Assembly (NCBI GenBank): GCA_048938105.1 | Contig: JBHLMN010000006.1 | Location: 32,001 to 96,000, forward strand | Source: Promethearchaeota archaeon | GTDB taxonomy: Archaea > Asgardarchaeota > Heimdallarchaeia > Hodarchaeales > Hodarchaeaceae | Length of the DNA: 64,000 nucleotides | Direction of reading: 5' to 3' | Shown: positions 19,871-29,220 of the stretch, one piece after another | Position numbering within the stretch: position 1 is the first letter of the stretch | How the letters are laid out: each line of letters starts with the position of its first letter | Made by a program: the position numbers and the translations under genes | Notes under the pieces: generated by a model | Told to the model about the DNA's origin: nothing | Seen by the model: only the letters and a program-made list of their open reading frames with translations | Database searches by the model: none

Positions 19871-21457
19871 TTGAGAGTAATTTTTATGTTTGTAGTTGAA
19901 ACTTATATTATTCGACAGCAATACCGTGATTCAGTGCAACTAATGCGAGCCGCATCTGCAGCAAATAAACTAGAAGGAATCGAAATTGCTTCAGTTCTCA
20001 TGGGTACTCCGAAGAATAAACCGTTATTAGAAGAAGTAAATCTTCTAACTCCTGAAGCACAAGATGCTGGACCAAATGACATTATTATATCGGTTCGTGC
20101 AGACACGAAAGATAATGCTTCTAAAGCAATCCAATATATAATCGATTTAATGTCTCAAGAAGTCGCTACAAAAAAAGAAATAACAGTATTTCGATCAATA
20201 CGGGGTGCTTTAACAGGATTAAGGGATGCAAATTTAGCTATTATTTCTATCCCAGGGGAATTTGCTAGTCGAGAAACTCGTTTAGCATTAGAACAGAATC
20301 TAAATGTTATGTTGTTCTCTGACAATGTACCGATTGAGGATGAAATAATCCTGAAAAAGAAAGCTCATGAGGAGGGATTGATAGTGATGGGGCCTGATTG
20401 TGGTACTGTCAGAATTAAAAATGTTGGACTAGGGTTTGCAAATGTAGTAATGCCAGGACCGATTGGAATTGTAGCAGCTTCGGGCACTGGAACTCAAGAG
20501 GTTATGGTATTATGTCATCGTAAGGGTGTAGGGGTTACCCACGCAATTGGTACTGGATCACGAGATATAAAAGATTCTATTGGAGGTGTCTCAATGATTG
20601 ATGGTTTACATGGACTTGATCTTGATCCTACAGTACAATTAATAGTTGTAGTCTCCAAACCCCCAGACCATAAGACTCTCCAAAAGGTCTTAGAAGAAGT
20701 AAAAAAATGTTCAAAACCTGTTATAATAAATTTTCTTGGAAAAAAAGCAGGTTATTGCGATTATCCGGGAAGAAATCTTACTGTTAATACTTTAGAAGAG
20801 GCTGCTTATTCTGCCTCCCATTTCATACAATCTAAACAATTTAAACGGATTTCTGTAATATTTGATGACCTCAAGGCAATTAACCGCATTCTTTCCGAAA
20901 CTAAATCTGTTTTAATGCCTGAACAGAAGTTTATAAGAGGATTATTTGCTGGAGGTACGTTTACGTATGAAGCAGCAATGATTCTCTCTGACATTCTCTC
21001 TGAATCATTATGGACAAATGTTAAATTAGAGGGAACAAAACAGATTGAAAATCCAAATTTAAGTAGGGAGCATACGTTGATTGATATGGGGGCCGATGAA
21101 TTCACCATTGGAAAACCTCATCCAATGATCGACCAAACAGAACGTACTCGAAGATTTTTGGCAGAAATCAAAGATACTCAAACTGCAGTTATCTTGATAG
21201 ACTTTGTTTTTGGTTATGGATCCCATATTGATCCAATAGCAGATATGCAAGATGCTTTCACTCAATGGAAATTACTCGATAGAAATATTCCCATAGTCGC
21301 ACATCTTTGTGGTACTGAACTAGATCCTCAGGATTTTAATAAATCGATTTCGGCATTAGAAGACTTTGGAGTTTATGTTATGCCCACAAATGCCCAAGCA
21401 GCAAGGTTGGCGGCTTTAATTGCTACTCGTGGAGATGTGAATCAATTAGTGAAATAG
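19871..21457 (+). CDS. fdrA: FdrA-like acyl-CoA synthetase / oxamate carbamoyltransferase subunit (AllF-like), lacking its C-terminal domain
   Basis: YRDSVQLM, MGTPKNK, MLFSDNV, VMGPDCGT, AASGTGTQE, RGLFAGGTF, GKPHPMID. Confidence 0.88.
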   Translation: MRVIFMFVVETYIIRQQYRDSVQLMRAASAANKLEGIEIASVLMGTPKNKPLLEEVNLLTPEAQDAGPNDIIISVRADTKDNASKAIQYIIDLMSQEVATKKEITVFRSIRGALTGLRDANLAIISIPGEFASRETRLALEQNLNVMLFSDNVPIEDEIILKKKAHEEGLIVMGPDCGTVRIKNVGLGFANVVMPGPIGIVAASGTGTQEVMVLCHRKGVGVTHAIGTGSRDIKDSIGGVSMIDGLHGLDLDPTVQLIVVVSKPPDHKTLQKVLEEVKKCSKPVIINFLGKKAGYCDYPGRNLTVNTLEEAAYSASHFIQSKQFKRISVIFDDLKAINRILSETKSVLMPEQKFIRGLFAGGTFTYEAAMILSDILSESLWTNVKLEGTKQIENPNLSREHTLIDMGADEFTIGKPHPMIDQTERTRRFLAEIKDTQTAVILIDFVFGYGSHIDPIADMQDAFTQWKLLDRNIPIVAHLCGTELDPQDFNKSISALEDFGVYVMPTNAQAARLAALIATRGDVNQLVK

Positions 21458-21467
21458 GTGTATAAAG

Positions 21468-21638
21468 ATGGAGAAGTTTAACGAGCTATTATCAACTGGG
21501 CCCAAAGTTCTAAATATCGGATTAAAATCGTTTTATGAGTCATGTGAAACACAGGGAATTCCTGTTGTTCATATCCGTTGGGAACCTCCTGCCCAAGGCA
21601 AGCCGAAGCTTCTGTCCTTATTAGATGAATTACTTTGA
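21468..21638 (+). CDS. Stand-alone FdrA C-terminal domain protein (56 aa), not in ORF track
   Basis: MEKFNELLSTGPKVLNIGLKSFYESCETQGIPVVHIRWEPPAQGKPKLLSLLDELL* matches the FdrA tail pattern VxNIGLxSF...VVHxxWxPxA. AGGTG RBS upstream. Confidence 0.85.
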   Translation: MEKFNELLSTGPKVLNIGLKSFYESCETQGIPVVHIRWEPPAQGKPKLLSLLDELL

Positions 21639-21671
21639 TAATTATACCCAGAGATTCAGGAATGGATTCTA

Positions 21672-22925
21672 ATGAGCATTAAAGAGAAGATAAATGAAGC
21701 TAATAAAATAGCTTTAGAGCGAATGGCAAACGTTCAACCTATTCTAGTGGATATAGAACTAGTAGCTATGAATGTAATTCCTGGGATGGAGAAGAAAACA
21801 ATTCTTCACGCAGGGCCACCGATTGAATGGGATCAAATGTGTGGGCCAACACAAGGAGCTATAGCAGGAATCCTTGTTTATGAAGGATTAGCTAATAATA
21901 TTGAAGAGGGATACGAATTAGCAGCTTCGGGGGAGATAAAATTTGACTGTAACCATGATCATGATGCAGTTGGGCCAATGACGGGAGTCACCTCTCCCCA
22001 TCAACCTGTGTTTGTTTTAGAAGATCGAGAAAGTGGTATGAAATCTTATTGTACCTTAAATGAAGGCAGAGGTAAAGTTTTACGTTTTGGTGGGTGGGAT
22101 TCCGAAGTATTGGATAGACTTAACTGGATGAAGGATACATTGGCACCTGCACTAAAAAAGGCAATAAATCACGCCAAGGGTATAGACATTAAATCCATTA
22201 TTTCTGAATCGTTACACATGGGAGATGAGGCTCATAATCGAAATAGATCAGGTTCCTACCTTTTTATGGGTGAGATTACACCACATCTTATGGATACTGC
22301 TGATACATCCACAGCTAAGGAAGTTTTCCTATTCTTAAGACAAAATGCGGACATATTTAACTTAAATCTCTCCATGCCACATTCAAAATTAATAGCTGAC
22401 GCTGCCCGTGATATTGATTATTGTTCACTTGTTGTAGCTATGGCTCGTAATGGAACCGAGATAGGAATTCAAGTTTCAGCGCTTAATCGGGAATGGTTCA
22501 CCTCGCCAGCTACAATGGTTGATGGATTATATTTTCCTGGTTTCTCTGAAGAGGATGCATGTCCTGATTTAGGTGATTCAACTATATCAGAAGTAATAGG
22601 AATTGGTGGATTCTCAATGGCCTCGTCTCCAGCAATTGTTTCGTTTGTTGGAGGGTCTGCTTCTGAAGCTGTATCACGGACAGAACGAATGTACGAAATT
22701 ACAGTTGGTACAAGCAGAACTTTTACTATTCCAAGTCTAAATTTTCGTGGAGCCCCAACAGGAATCGATATTCGAAAAGTTGTAGAACTAAATGAAACTC
22801 CTCTAATAAATACTGGTATCGCACACAAAGAAGCTGGTATTGGTCAAATTGGTGCAGGATTGACTGCAGCACCATTAGAGATGTTTCATGACGCGTTAAA
22901 AGCGTTTGGTAAGAAGTACTTGTAA
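21672..22925 (+). CDS. ylbE: DUF1116 / YlbE (AllG-like) protein
   Basis: ILHAGPPI, VGPMTG, NEGRGKVLRFG, MGDEAHNRN, MARNG, PDLGDS, INTGIAHK..GIGQIGAG. Confidence 0.88.
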   Translation: MSIKEKINEANKIALERMANVQPILVDIELVAMNVIPGMEKKTILHAGPPIEWDQMCGPTQGAIAGILVYEGLANNIEEGYELAASGEIKFDCNHDHDAVGPMTGVTSPHQPVFVLEDRESGMKSYCTLNEGRGKVLRFGGWDSEVLDRLNWMKDTLAPALKKAINHAKGIDIKSIISESLHMGDEAHNRNRSGSYLFMGEITPHLMDTADTSTAKEVFLFLRQNADIFNLNLSMPHSKLIADAARDIDYCSLVVAMARNGTEIGIQVSALNREWFTSPATMVDGLYFPGFSEEDACPDLGDSTISEVIGIGGFSMASSPAIVSFVGGSASEAVSRTERMYEITVGTSRTFTIPSLNFRGAPTGIDIRKVVELNETPLINTGIAHKEAGIGQIGAGLTAAPLEMFHDALKAFGKKYL

Positions 22926-22969
22926 TGTTTTCATATTCAACAGAATTAAATCGCTCAAGGTTTTAATCC

Positions 22970-24085
22970 TTAATTAGAGACTTCTTGTTTTGTTTTTGCT
23001 CGTTGGCGTAAGAGAGCGACTCTAAATCCAAGAAAAGACGATTGATTGTATGACACGGGAGAGGGGATTGTTGAAGGTAATTTTCTCAAGGTATCAGCTA
23101 GAAGGGTATCACCAATTGCCATCGCACTAAAAGCATCCGCACGGATTTCAGCAAGGAAAAGACGATAATAGTGAAAAATCGATAGAAAAGCTGAACTAAG
23201 AAATACGAGAAAAATGAGAATAATAAACAACATGGAGAAGATGGGATCTAAGGAAAAAATTGTTTGATTCTGTTCTAATAATATTAATCCCGTAAAAACA
23301 CAAAATATTCTCATAGTTCGTAAAAAAGCCTCTGTTCCCCCTATTAAATAGGATTTCATTATATGATTATTTGCGATATGACCGATTTCATGTAGAATAA
23401 CGGCTGTCAGCTCTTCATTTGTCAATTTCCAATTGAAATATCGTGACACAAGACAAATATTTTTCTTCCAACCATAAGACATAACACCAGCGCTCAAAAA
23501 CAGAGATGGAAGTTGAATATCTGCAAAACGATATTCGGAAATCAGTCGGCTTTTAGGATGGCTTTGTTCTATTTGATCGATAATTTCGCTATTTACTGTC
23601 TCCTGAGCAGTAGAAAGTAACTCTTGTTTACTTCTTATGGATATAATGATGAAATAACTCTGAATTATTAATGAAAGAATCAAAGAAAGTCCTAAATAAC
23701 CCCATGGTTCTAGGTTTTCCATAATATTGAGAATTCTAAGGAGAATTGTCAAAATAAAACCTACAAAAATAACATAATAGACCTGTCTAATAAGATGTAA
23801 CCCCATCTCATACCAAGAGGGTATGAAATGGAAGTATTTAACTTCTAAAGCATAAATCCGTAGACGCTTAAAGGATTGATAAAATAAAAGACTAGTAATA
23901 AGAAATGGAAAAAGGAGAATGAGATTAAGGACTAAAGAATATTGAATTTCGTCGTTAATTGCTATACCTAAGAAAATTAATGATACACCAATGCAAAGAG
24001 GGTAGAATAAAAAATATAGAATAAGCACCAAGATGTCACTGATAGGTAGAGAAACGCCTAAAGATCGATCAAGTTCTCTGTCCAT
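22970..24085 (-). CDS. M48 (HtpX/Ste24-like) membrane zinc metallopeptidase
   Basis: Multi-TM protein with EELTAVILHEIGH and a downstream EIRADAFS. Confidence 0.8.
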   Translation of the reverse strand: MDRELDRSLGVSLPISDILVLILYFLFYPLCIGVSLIFLGIAINDEIQYSLVLNLILLFPFLITSLLFYQSFKRLRIYALEVKYFHFIPSWYEMGLHLIRQVYYVIFVGFILTILLRILNIMENLEPWGYLGLSLILSLIIQSYFIIISIRSKQELLSTAQETVNSEIIDQIEQSHPKSRLISEYRFADIQLPSLFLSAGVMSYGWKKNICLVSRYFNWKLTNEELTAVILHEIGHIANNHIMKSYLIGGTEAFLRTMRIFCVFTGLILLEQNQTIFSLDPIFSMLFIILIFLVFLSSAFLSIFHYYRLFLAEIRADAFSAMAIGDTLLADTLRKLPSTIPSPVSYNQSSFLGFRVALLRQRAKTKQEVSN

Positions 24086-24539
24086 AAAGGATCTCTCTAT
24101 AATCTGAGCTACCTCTTGAAAGTTTAAAGTTTATGCAATCTTAACTGACAATATAATATATATTACACTAGCGATGACATCCGATTTGTGAGGGGCTGTG
24201 AGCTATTCGCATGTCTTCTTCAGTATTAAAGATTTTTACTTACCCAATAAGCAGTTTCAGTAGAGATTATTTTTCCACCCATATAATTTATTACGAAAAT
24301 AAATTAATTACTCTCTCATTAGATATTATTACATAACGATTTGATGATTTCCTTCATGAGGTTATCCTCTATTTTTATTATCCACACCCTCTATGAACAT
24401 TGAGCTAGTTCCAACAACATTACAAATTCTTAGTTCTTTTTTTCAAAAAACTGTTACCATCGAAATTCATTAAAAGGGGAAAAATTTCTTTGCAATACTA
24501 GCAAACCAATTCAGAATTTTCTCCTCAGGAGGTTTTATT

Positions 24540-24974
24540 ATGTTATTGGGAAGTAAAGAACATTTACTTGAAATTAAAAAAAGAGTTAATGCAAATGAAG
24601 AGTATTTACAAATGACAAAGGGTGAAGGAAAAAAATCCTTTACTTTTATATTAGAACCAGAACTTAAGAAAAATGTTACAGAAACGATTCGTATTGGGTA
24701 TAAAGAGAATAACGGTGTCATTGAAGAAATTTGGGAAGGAGAACAAGAGACAGAGTTTGTTATCACAGGAAAATATGGCAACTGGGTCAGAATACTCCGT
24801 CAAGAGCTAGGTGCAACGAAAGCATTGACAATGCGTAAGCTTAAACTCAAAAAAGGCAGTCTCATTAAACTTCTTCGAACGAGTGACAGTACAATAAAAT
24901 GGATTCAAATTCTCGCCAGTATTCCAGTGGAATTTCATGGGGATTATGCATCTCTATCGACAACTAAGGAATGA
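24540..24974 (+). CDS. SCP2 sterol/lipid-binding domain protein
   Basis: N..EEY, EFVITGKYGNW..IL..EL...KAL..RKLKLKKGSL..LL. Strong GGAGG RBS. Confidence 0.7.
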   Translation: MLLGSKEHLLEIKKRVNANEEYLQMTKGEGKKSFTFILEPELKKNVTETIRIGYKENNGVIEEIWEGEQETEFVITGKYGNWVRILRQELGATKALTMRKLKLKKGSLIKLLRTSDSTIKWIQILASIPVEFHGDYASLSTTKE

Positions 24975-24981
24975 ATTCATA

Positions 24982-25851
24982 ATGGATGTTCTAAAAGTAA
25001 AAAATAAAGTTGCTATAGTCACGGGTGGTGCCTCTGGAATTGGCGCAGCGGTTGTAGCGCAATTCACCGACTTAGGTATGAAAGTTGTAATTGCAGATCT
25101 TGATGAGGATTTAGGAGGGAAATTAGAACAGAAATTAGCAGATAAAGGAAGAGAGTGCTTTTTTCATCAGTTAGATGTGTCAAAACCTGATCAAGTATCT
25201 AGTCTTGTTGAAACGACGTTGAGTAGATATCAAACAATCGATATTCTTGTTAATTGTGCTGGGGTAGGTGGTCTTTCTAGCTACCTAGATCTAATTGAGG
25301 AGGAATGGGATTGGATCCTTAACACAAATTTGAAAGGAACGCATCTTATGTGTTATTCTGTCAGTCATATCATGGTCAAAAAAAGCATAAAAGGTCGAAT
25401 CGTCAATGTGTCCAGTATTAATGATGAAATTCCTGTCGTTGGGCTAGCTGCGTATGCCACAAGTAAAGCTGGTATTTCAGGTTTAACACGAGCACTAGCT
25501 TTGGAACTTGCTCCTTTTGGAATAAATGTTAATGCTATTCGACCAGGCACTATCGATACACCCTTAATGAAAGAGCCTTTGGAGCTGACGGAACTCGCAC
25601 AGGCCTTGATTCGACAAATACCTCGTGGACGATATGGCCAACCCGAAGATGTAGCGAAAGTAATAACTTTCCTGGTCTCAGATCTGGGAGAATGGGTTAC
25701 AGGAGCGATAATTCCCGTCACAGGCGGTATGCACCTAGTAGGGGAAACTTCTTTATATTATTATTTTGAACGAGCAATGATGCATGAAGATCAACTCCCT
25801 GACATACCTTTTTGTCGGCCCTGGAAGGAATTTGATCTTTCTAAATTTTAG
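24982..25851 (+). CDS. Short-chain dehydrogenase/reductase (FabG-like)
   Basis: TGGASGIG, VNCAG, YATSK, VNAIRPG. Start taken at MDVLKV, 7 nt after the SCP2 stop. Confidence 0.92.
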   Translation: MDVLKVKNKVAIVTGGASGIGAAVVAQFTDLGMKVVIADLDEDLGGKLEQKLADKGRECFFHQLDVSKPDQVSSLVETTLSRYQTIDILVNCAGVGGLSSYLDLIEEEWDWILNTNLKGTHLMCYSVSHIMVKKSIKGRIVNVSSINDEIPVVGLAAYATSKAGISGLTRALALELAPFGINVNAIRPGTIDTPLMKEPLELTELAQALIRQIPRGRYGQPEDVAKVITFLVSDLGEWVTGAIIPVTGGMHLVGETSLYYYFERAMMHEDQLPDIPFCRPWKEFDLSKF

Positions 25852-25895
25852 AAAAATCAAAAAATGGATAGAATTTAAGGAATAAATACACGATT

Positions 25896-26324
25896 TTAAT
25901 CCTCTTTCATGAAAAAATAATATTGTCCAAACCATGCTAGCAAAAATATCCCTCCGACGAGTGCAGCTAAATTAATCACAATTGCTAGTAAGTCATATTG
26001 ATAGACTCCCTGCTGCAGATTGAACGTTATATCTATCAATCCTAAAAATACAAATGCGCCACCCGCAGCTGCAGCAAAAAAAGAACCCCATGATCTATCG
26101 TTCAAAACTCCAAATGCAGAAATGAGCAATAAAACTACTATCCAAGTGTCAGCAATGGGGAAAGCAGACTCAAATGCGATGTACACATCATATAATTGAT
26201 CCCCTGGCTCAAAGGATTTTAAAATATCAAGAAACCACCCAATCCAAAAACCAATTAACAACAAAGCTCCAATAACTTCGCAGACAGCAACTATCTTATC
26301 ATTTTTAGAATAAATTTGCTTCAT
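25896..26324 (-). CDS. Four-TM membrane protein of unknown function
   Basis: Hydrophobic ORF with FESAFPIAD motif. GGTGA RBS. Confidence 0.75.
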   Translation of the reverse strand: MKQIYSKNDKIVAVCEVIGALLLIGFWIGWFLDILKSFEPGDQLYDVYIAFESAFPIADTWIVVLLLISAFGVLNDRSWGSFFAAAAGGAFVFLGLIDITFNLQQGVYQYDLLAIVINLAALVGGIFLLAWFGQYYFFMKED

Positions 26325-26344
26325 TTTTTTTCACCTTATAGCTA

Positions 26345-27325
26345 CTATAATCCATAAAACATTGCCATGATTCGTATCGTTAAATTCTCAGAGAAAAATC
26401 GCTTCATTAAATTAACTCCCCAGGTTTGAAGCTTAGATCCACACTTATAGTGAATTTTTGGACGTTTTGCTCTGATTATCTTTTCAATTTTTTTCGACAC
26501 TATTATTGGAGGCGGACTTACGATTAAATTTTGCATTATTGTTGTCCAAGCAACTTTTCCATGGTTATAATATGCTGAAGTTTTTTCTAATGGAATTGCA
26601 TCAATCATATCTTTAATATCTGTAGTTTTGAACTTTTTCCCTTTTTTATACAGATAAGCAGTAACCACATTGCCAGGAGTATTGATATCACCAGGTAGAA
26701 GAGAAGATACCCGAATATTAAATGGTCTTAATTCAATTTTCAAACTTTCTGTTAATCGCAATATCGCTGCTTTGGATGCTGAATAATAACCCATGAAAGG
26801 AATTACAGTAAGCCCTGCAAGTGATGAAGTATTGATAATTTGTCCTTTCTTTCGTTCTCGCATATTAGGTAATACTGCTTGTATTACTCGAATGTAACCA
26901 AAGAAATTAACCTCAAATTGATCTTGAATGGCTTCTAAAGAATATGTTTCTATAGGGCCAAAATGTGCAAGCCCCGCATTATTAATAAGAACATCAATAT
27001 TATCTAAATTTTGGATAGCACTTGTTACTGAGCTCGTCTTTGTGACATCCATTGAGATATATTGAATATCTTCCAAATACTTATCTAAATTCTTGTGGAT
27101 TTTTGATGAAACAATGATCTTACCTGGCCTTACTTCTGTTTTTGCTTTGTCAATATAATGATACTTTGTATGGTTTTGAATATAAGTTTCTTTGAGCTCT
27201 TCTAAATTAATATTTTCTGCTTGACGTGAGGTTCCAATTACAGAGTAACCTCGAGATGATAAATAGATAGCATGCGATAATCCCATCCCTGAAGTAGCAC
27301 CAGTAATTAAAATTTGCTTATTCAT
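26345..27325 (-). CDS. Short-chain dehydrogenase/reductase (17beta-HSD/RDH-like, with insertions)
   Basis: TGATSGMG, INNAG, YSASK, PGDINT. ~45-aa insert after the Rossmann beta2 strand. Confidence 0.9.
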   Translation of the reverse strand: MNKQILITGATSGMGLSHAIYLSSRGYSVIGTSRQAENINLEELKETYIQNHTKYHYIDKAKTEVRPGKIIVSSKIHKNLDKYLEDIQYISMDVTKTSSVTSAIQNLDNIDVLINNAGLAHFGPIETYSLEAIQDQFEVNFFGYIRVIQAVLPNMRERKKGQIINTSSLAGLTVIPFMGYYSASKAAILRLTESLKIELRPFNIRVSSLLPGDINTPGNVVTAYLYKKGKKFKTTDIKDMIDAIPLEKTSAYYNHGKVAWTTIMQNLIVSPPPIIVSKKIEKIIRAKRPKIHYKCGSKLQTWGVNLMKRFFSENLTIRIMAMFYGL

Positions 27326-27499
27326 TGAAACAACTCCTAAAATGATTATTAATCTAAGCTGCTATTGCACTTACAACAGATAAAAAGATATTAAGATTAA
27401 CATATTAGAATGTTTTATTCTTAGGAAAAATATTTTCACAGCAAAAGGAAATTATAAATAGCTTTTATTTTATATATTCAAAGAATTGAGGAAAGAAAA

Positions 27500-28045
27500 A
27501 TGTCATTTCCAATGAAAATTGTACTCATTGGTGATCAAAGAAAATCTGAAATCTTACAATATTATGGAGATGTTTATCGTAGTGATATCACGTTTATTGC
27601 TGTAGTAGACTTAGCTTTTAAGGCGATGAATATTGGTGGAAACACATTTAACTTCCAAGTATGGCAGTTATCTCTTGATCCAAGCTATGAGTCGGAAAGA
27701 AGAAGGTATTATTATGGAGCATTAGGAACGATCATAGTACTAGATGTCAATAATCTAGAGGATTATCAGAACATTCCATTATTGCTAGAAGAAATCTGGA
27801 CTTACAATGGTATTGGAAAGGTGATTCCAATCGTTATAGCGGGAATTAATATTCAAGAAAGGAAAAAAATTAGTGATCATATTACTGATGAAGAGATTAA
27901 GAGATTTGTAAACGAAATAAATGGAAAACATCAAGCTAGTATTGAGTATATCCCTATTGATGAACGTACAGGAGGAAATATTGCTCAAATCTGGGAAAAA
28001 TTTGGGGAATGGTACATTAGATATTTACAACAATTCGAATCATAA
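27500..28045 (+). CDS. Rab-like small GTPase-fold protein with degenerate G motifs
   Basis: KIVLIGD..KS, FQVW, YYYGALGTIIVLDV, IPIVIAG, TGGNI give the Ras/Rab skeleton. G1, G3, G4 and G5 are non-canonical. Confidence 0.8.
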   Translation: MSFPMKIVLIGDQRKSEILQYYGDVYRSDITFIAVVDLAFKAMNIGGNTFNFQVWQLSLDPSYESERRRYYYGALGTIIVLDVNNLEDYQNIPLLLEEIWTYNGIGKVIPIVIAGINIQERKKISDHITDEEIKRFVNEINGKHQASIEYIPIDERTGGNIAQIWEKFGEWYIRYLQQFES

Positions 28046-28083
28046 ATCTAGTATATATAAAATTCTCTTTTTTCATTAAACCA

Positions 28084-29211
28084 GTGCTAGAACCAAAAAA
28101 TAGAAGGCCGTGGTCAAAGATGATTCAACAAATACCACAGAATCAATTAATGGATTTTTGGCCTTATTTTAAAAAACATAAATTACGGAATCCACTAGCT
28201 CAAAGTTTAGTTTGGGGAAAAGTGGAAGGTTTTGTAGACAAACTAGAAAATCCAGATGTAATACTGTTTCTATGTGAACAATGGGCCTGTTATTTAGCGG
28301 GAAATAGCAAAGCTGAGAATTTAACCGAATTACTGATGAAAATTCCAGAAAAGGCAGTTATCCATGCACCTTCCCAAGAATGGGAAAAATGTCTTAAAAC
28401 TCAATGGACTTACTTCGGATATTTACCTCGTACTGAGCTCTCGGCAAAAAAGATATCATTACAAAGCATCAGACGATTATTAAGCTCGTCACCTGAAGGA
28501 TTCCAATTGAATATGGTTGATGTAGAAGTAGCAAAACAAATCTTGTGCCAGAAATTTTCAGACCATTTTGTAGGACTGATAAACTATTTTGGAAGTCCCG
28601 AGAAATTAGTCGAGGAAGGAATTGGATTTTGTTTGATTCATGAAAGTGAGAAAATAGCTTCCCTAGTAATGGGATTTAAAGCATCGCTACCGATTACTCA
28701 AAGCGTTGAATTAGACATCGCAACTCACCCAGATTACAGAGGTAGAGGTTTTGCAACATTAGTAAGTGCCAAACTGATTGAATATTTGTTAAAAAAGGGG
28801 ATTGAACCACATTGGGATGCTGCAAATCCATTATCTGTAGGATTAGCCCAAAAATTAGGGTTCACAGATCCTGACCCATATAGGTGCTATTATTGGCGAA
28901 AAAAACCATGGACCATTTCAGAACTACGAGAATCCTTTAATCCTCAATTTGAAAGAGGATTAGAAAATATAAACTTATTAAAGTCAGAGATAGAAAATAA
29001 ACAAGTTAAGAAAAGTAAAAGTTACCTTATATCATTGTTAAAGAAAACACGAGGGACTTTTGAGGAAACACTCAACACAATCAATCGTTTCCTTGAGACT
29101 GAAATAGTAGTAGAATCAGATATCCCTCAATTTAATGCCTATGTTGAAAAAATTGAACAACGACTTGATTCTCTTGAACTAATTGAGAATGAAATAATAA
29201 ATATAGAATAG
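28084..29211 (+). CDS. GNAT family acetyltransferase with C-terminal helical extension (probable start ATG 28120)
   Basis: ELDIATHPDYRGRGFA, PHWDAANPLS..LAQKLGF. Confidence 0.85.
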   Translation: MLEPKNRRPWSKMIQQIPQNQLMDFWPYFKKHKLRNPLAQSLVWGKVEGFVDKLENPDVILFLCEQWACYLAGNSKAENLTELLMKIPEKAVIHAPSQEWEKCLKTQWTYFGYLPRTELSAKKISLQSIRRLLSSSPEGFQLNMVDVEVAKQILCQKFSDHFVGLINYFGSPEKLVEEGIGFCLIHESEKIASLVMGFKASLPITQSVELDIATHPDYRGRGFATLVSAKLIEYLLKKGIEPHWDAANPLSVGLAQKLGFTDPDPYRCYYWRKKPWTISELRESFNPQFERGLENINLLKSEIENKQVKKSKSYLISLLKKTRGTFEETLNTINRFLETEIVVESDIPQFNAYVEKIEQRLDSLELIENEIINIE

Positions 29212-29220
29212 CCCTTTTTT

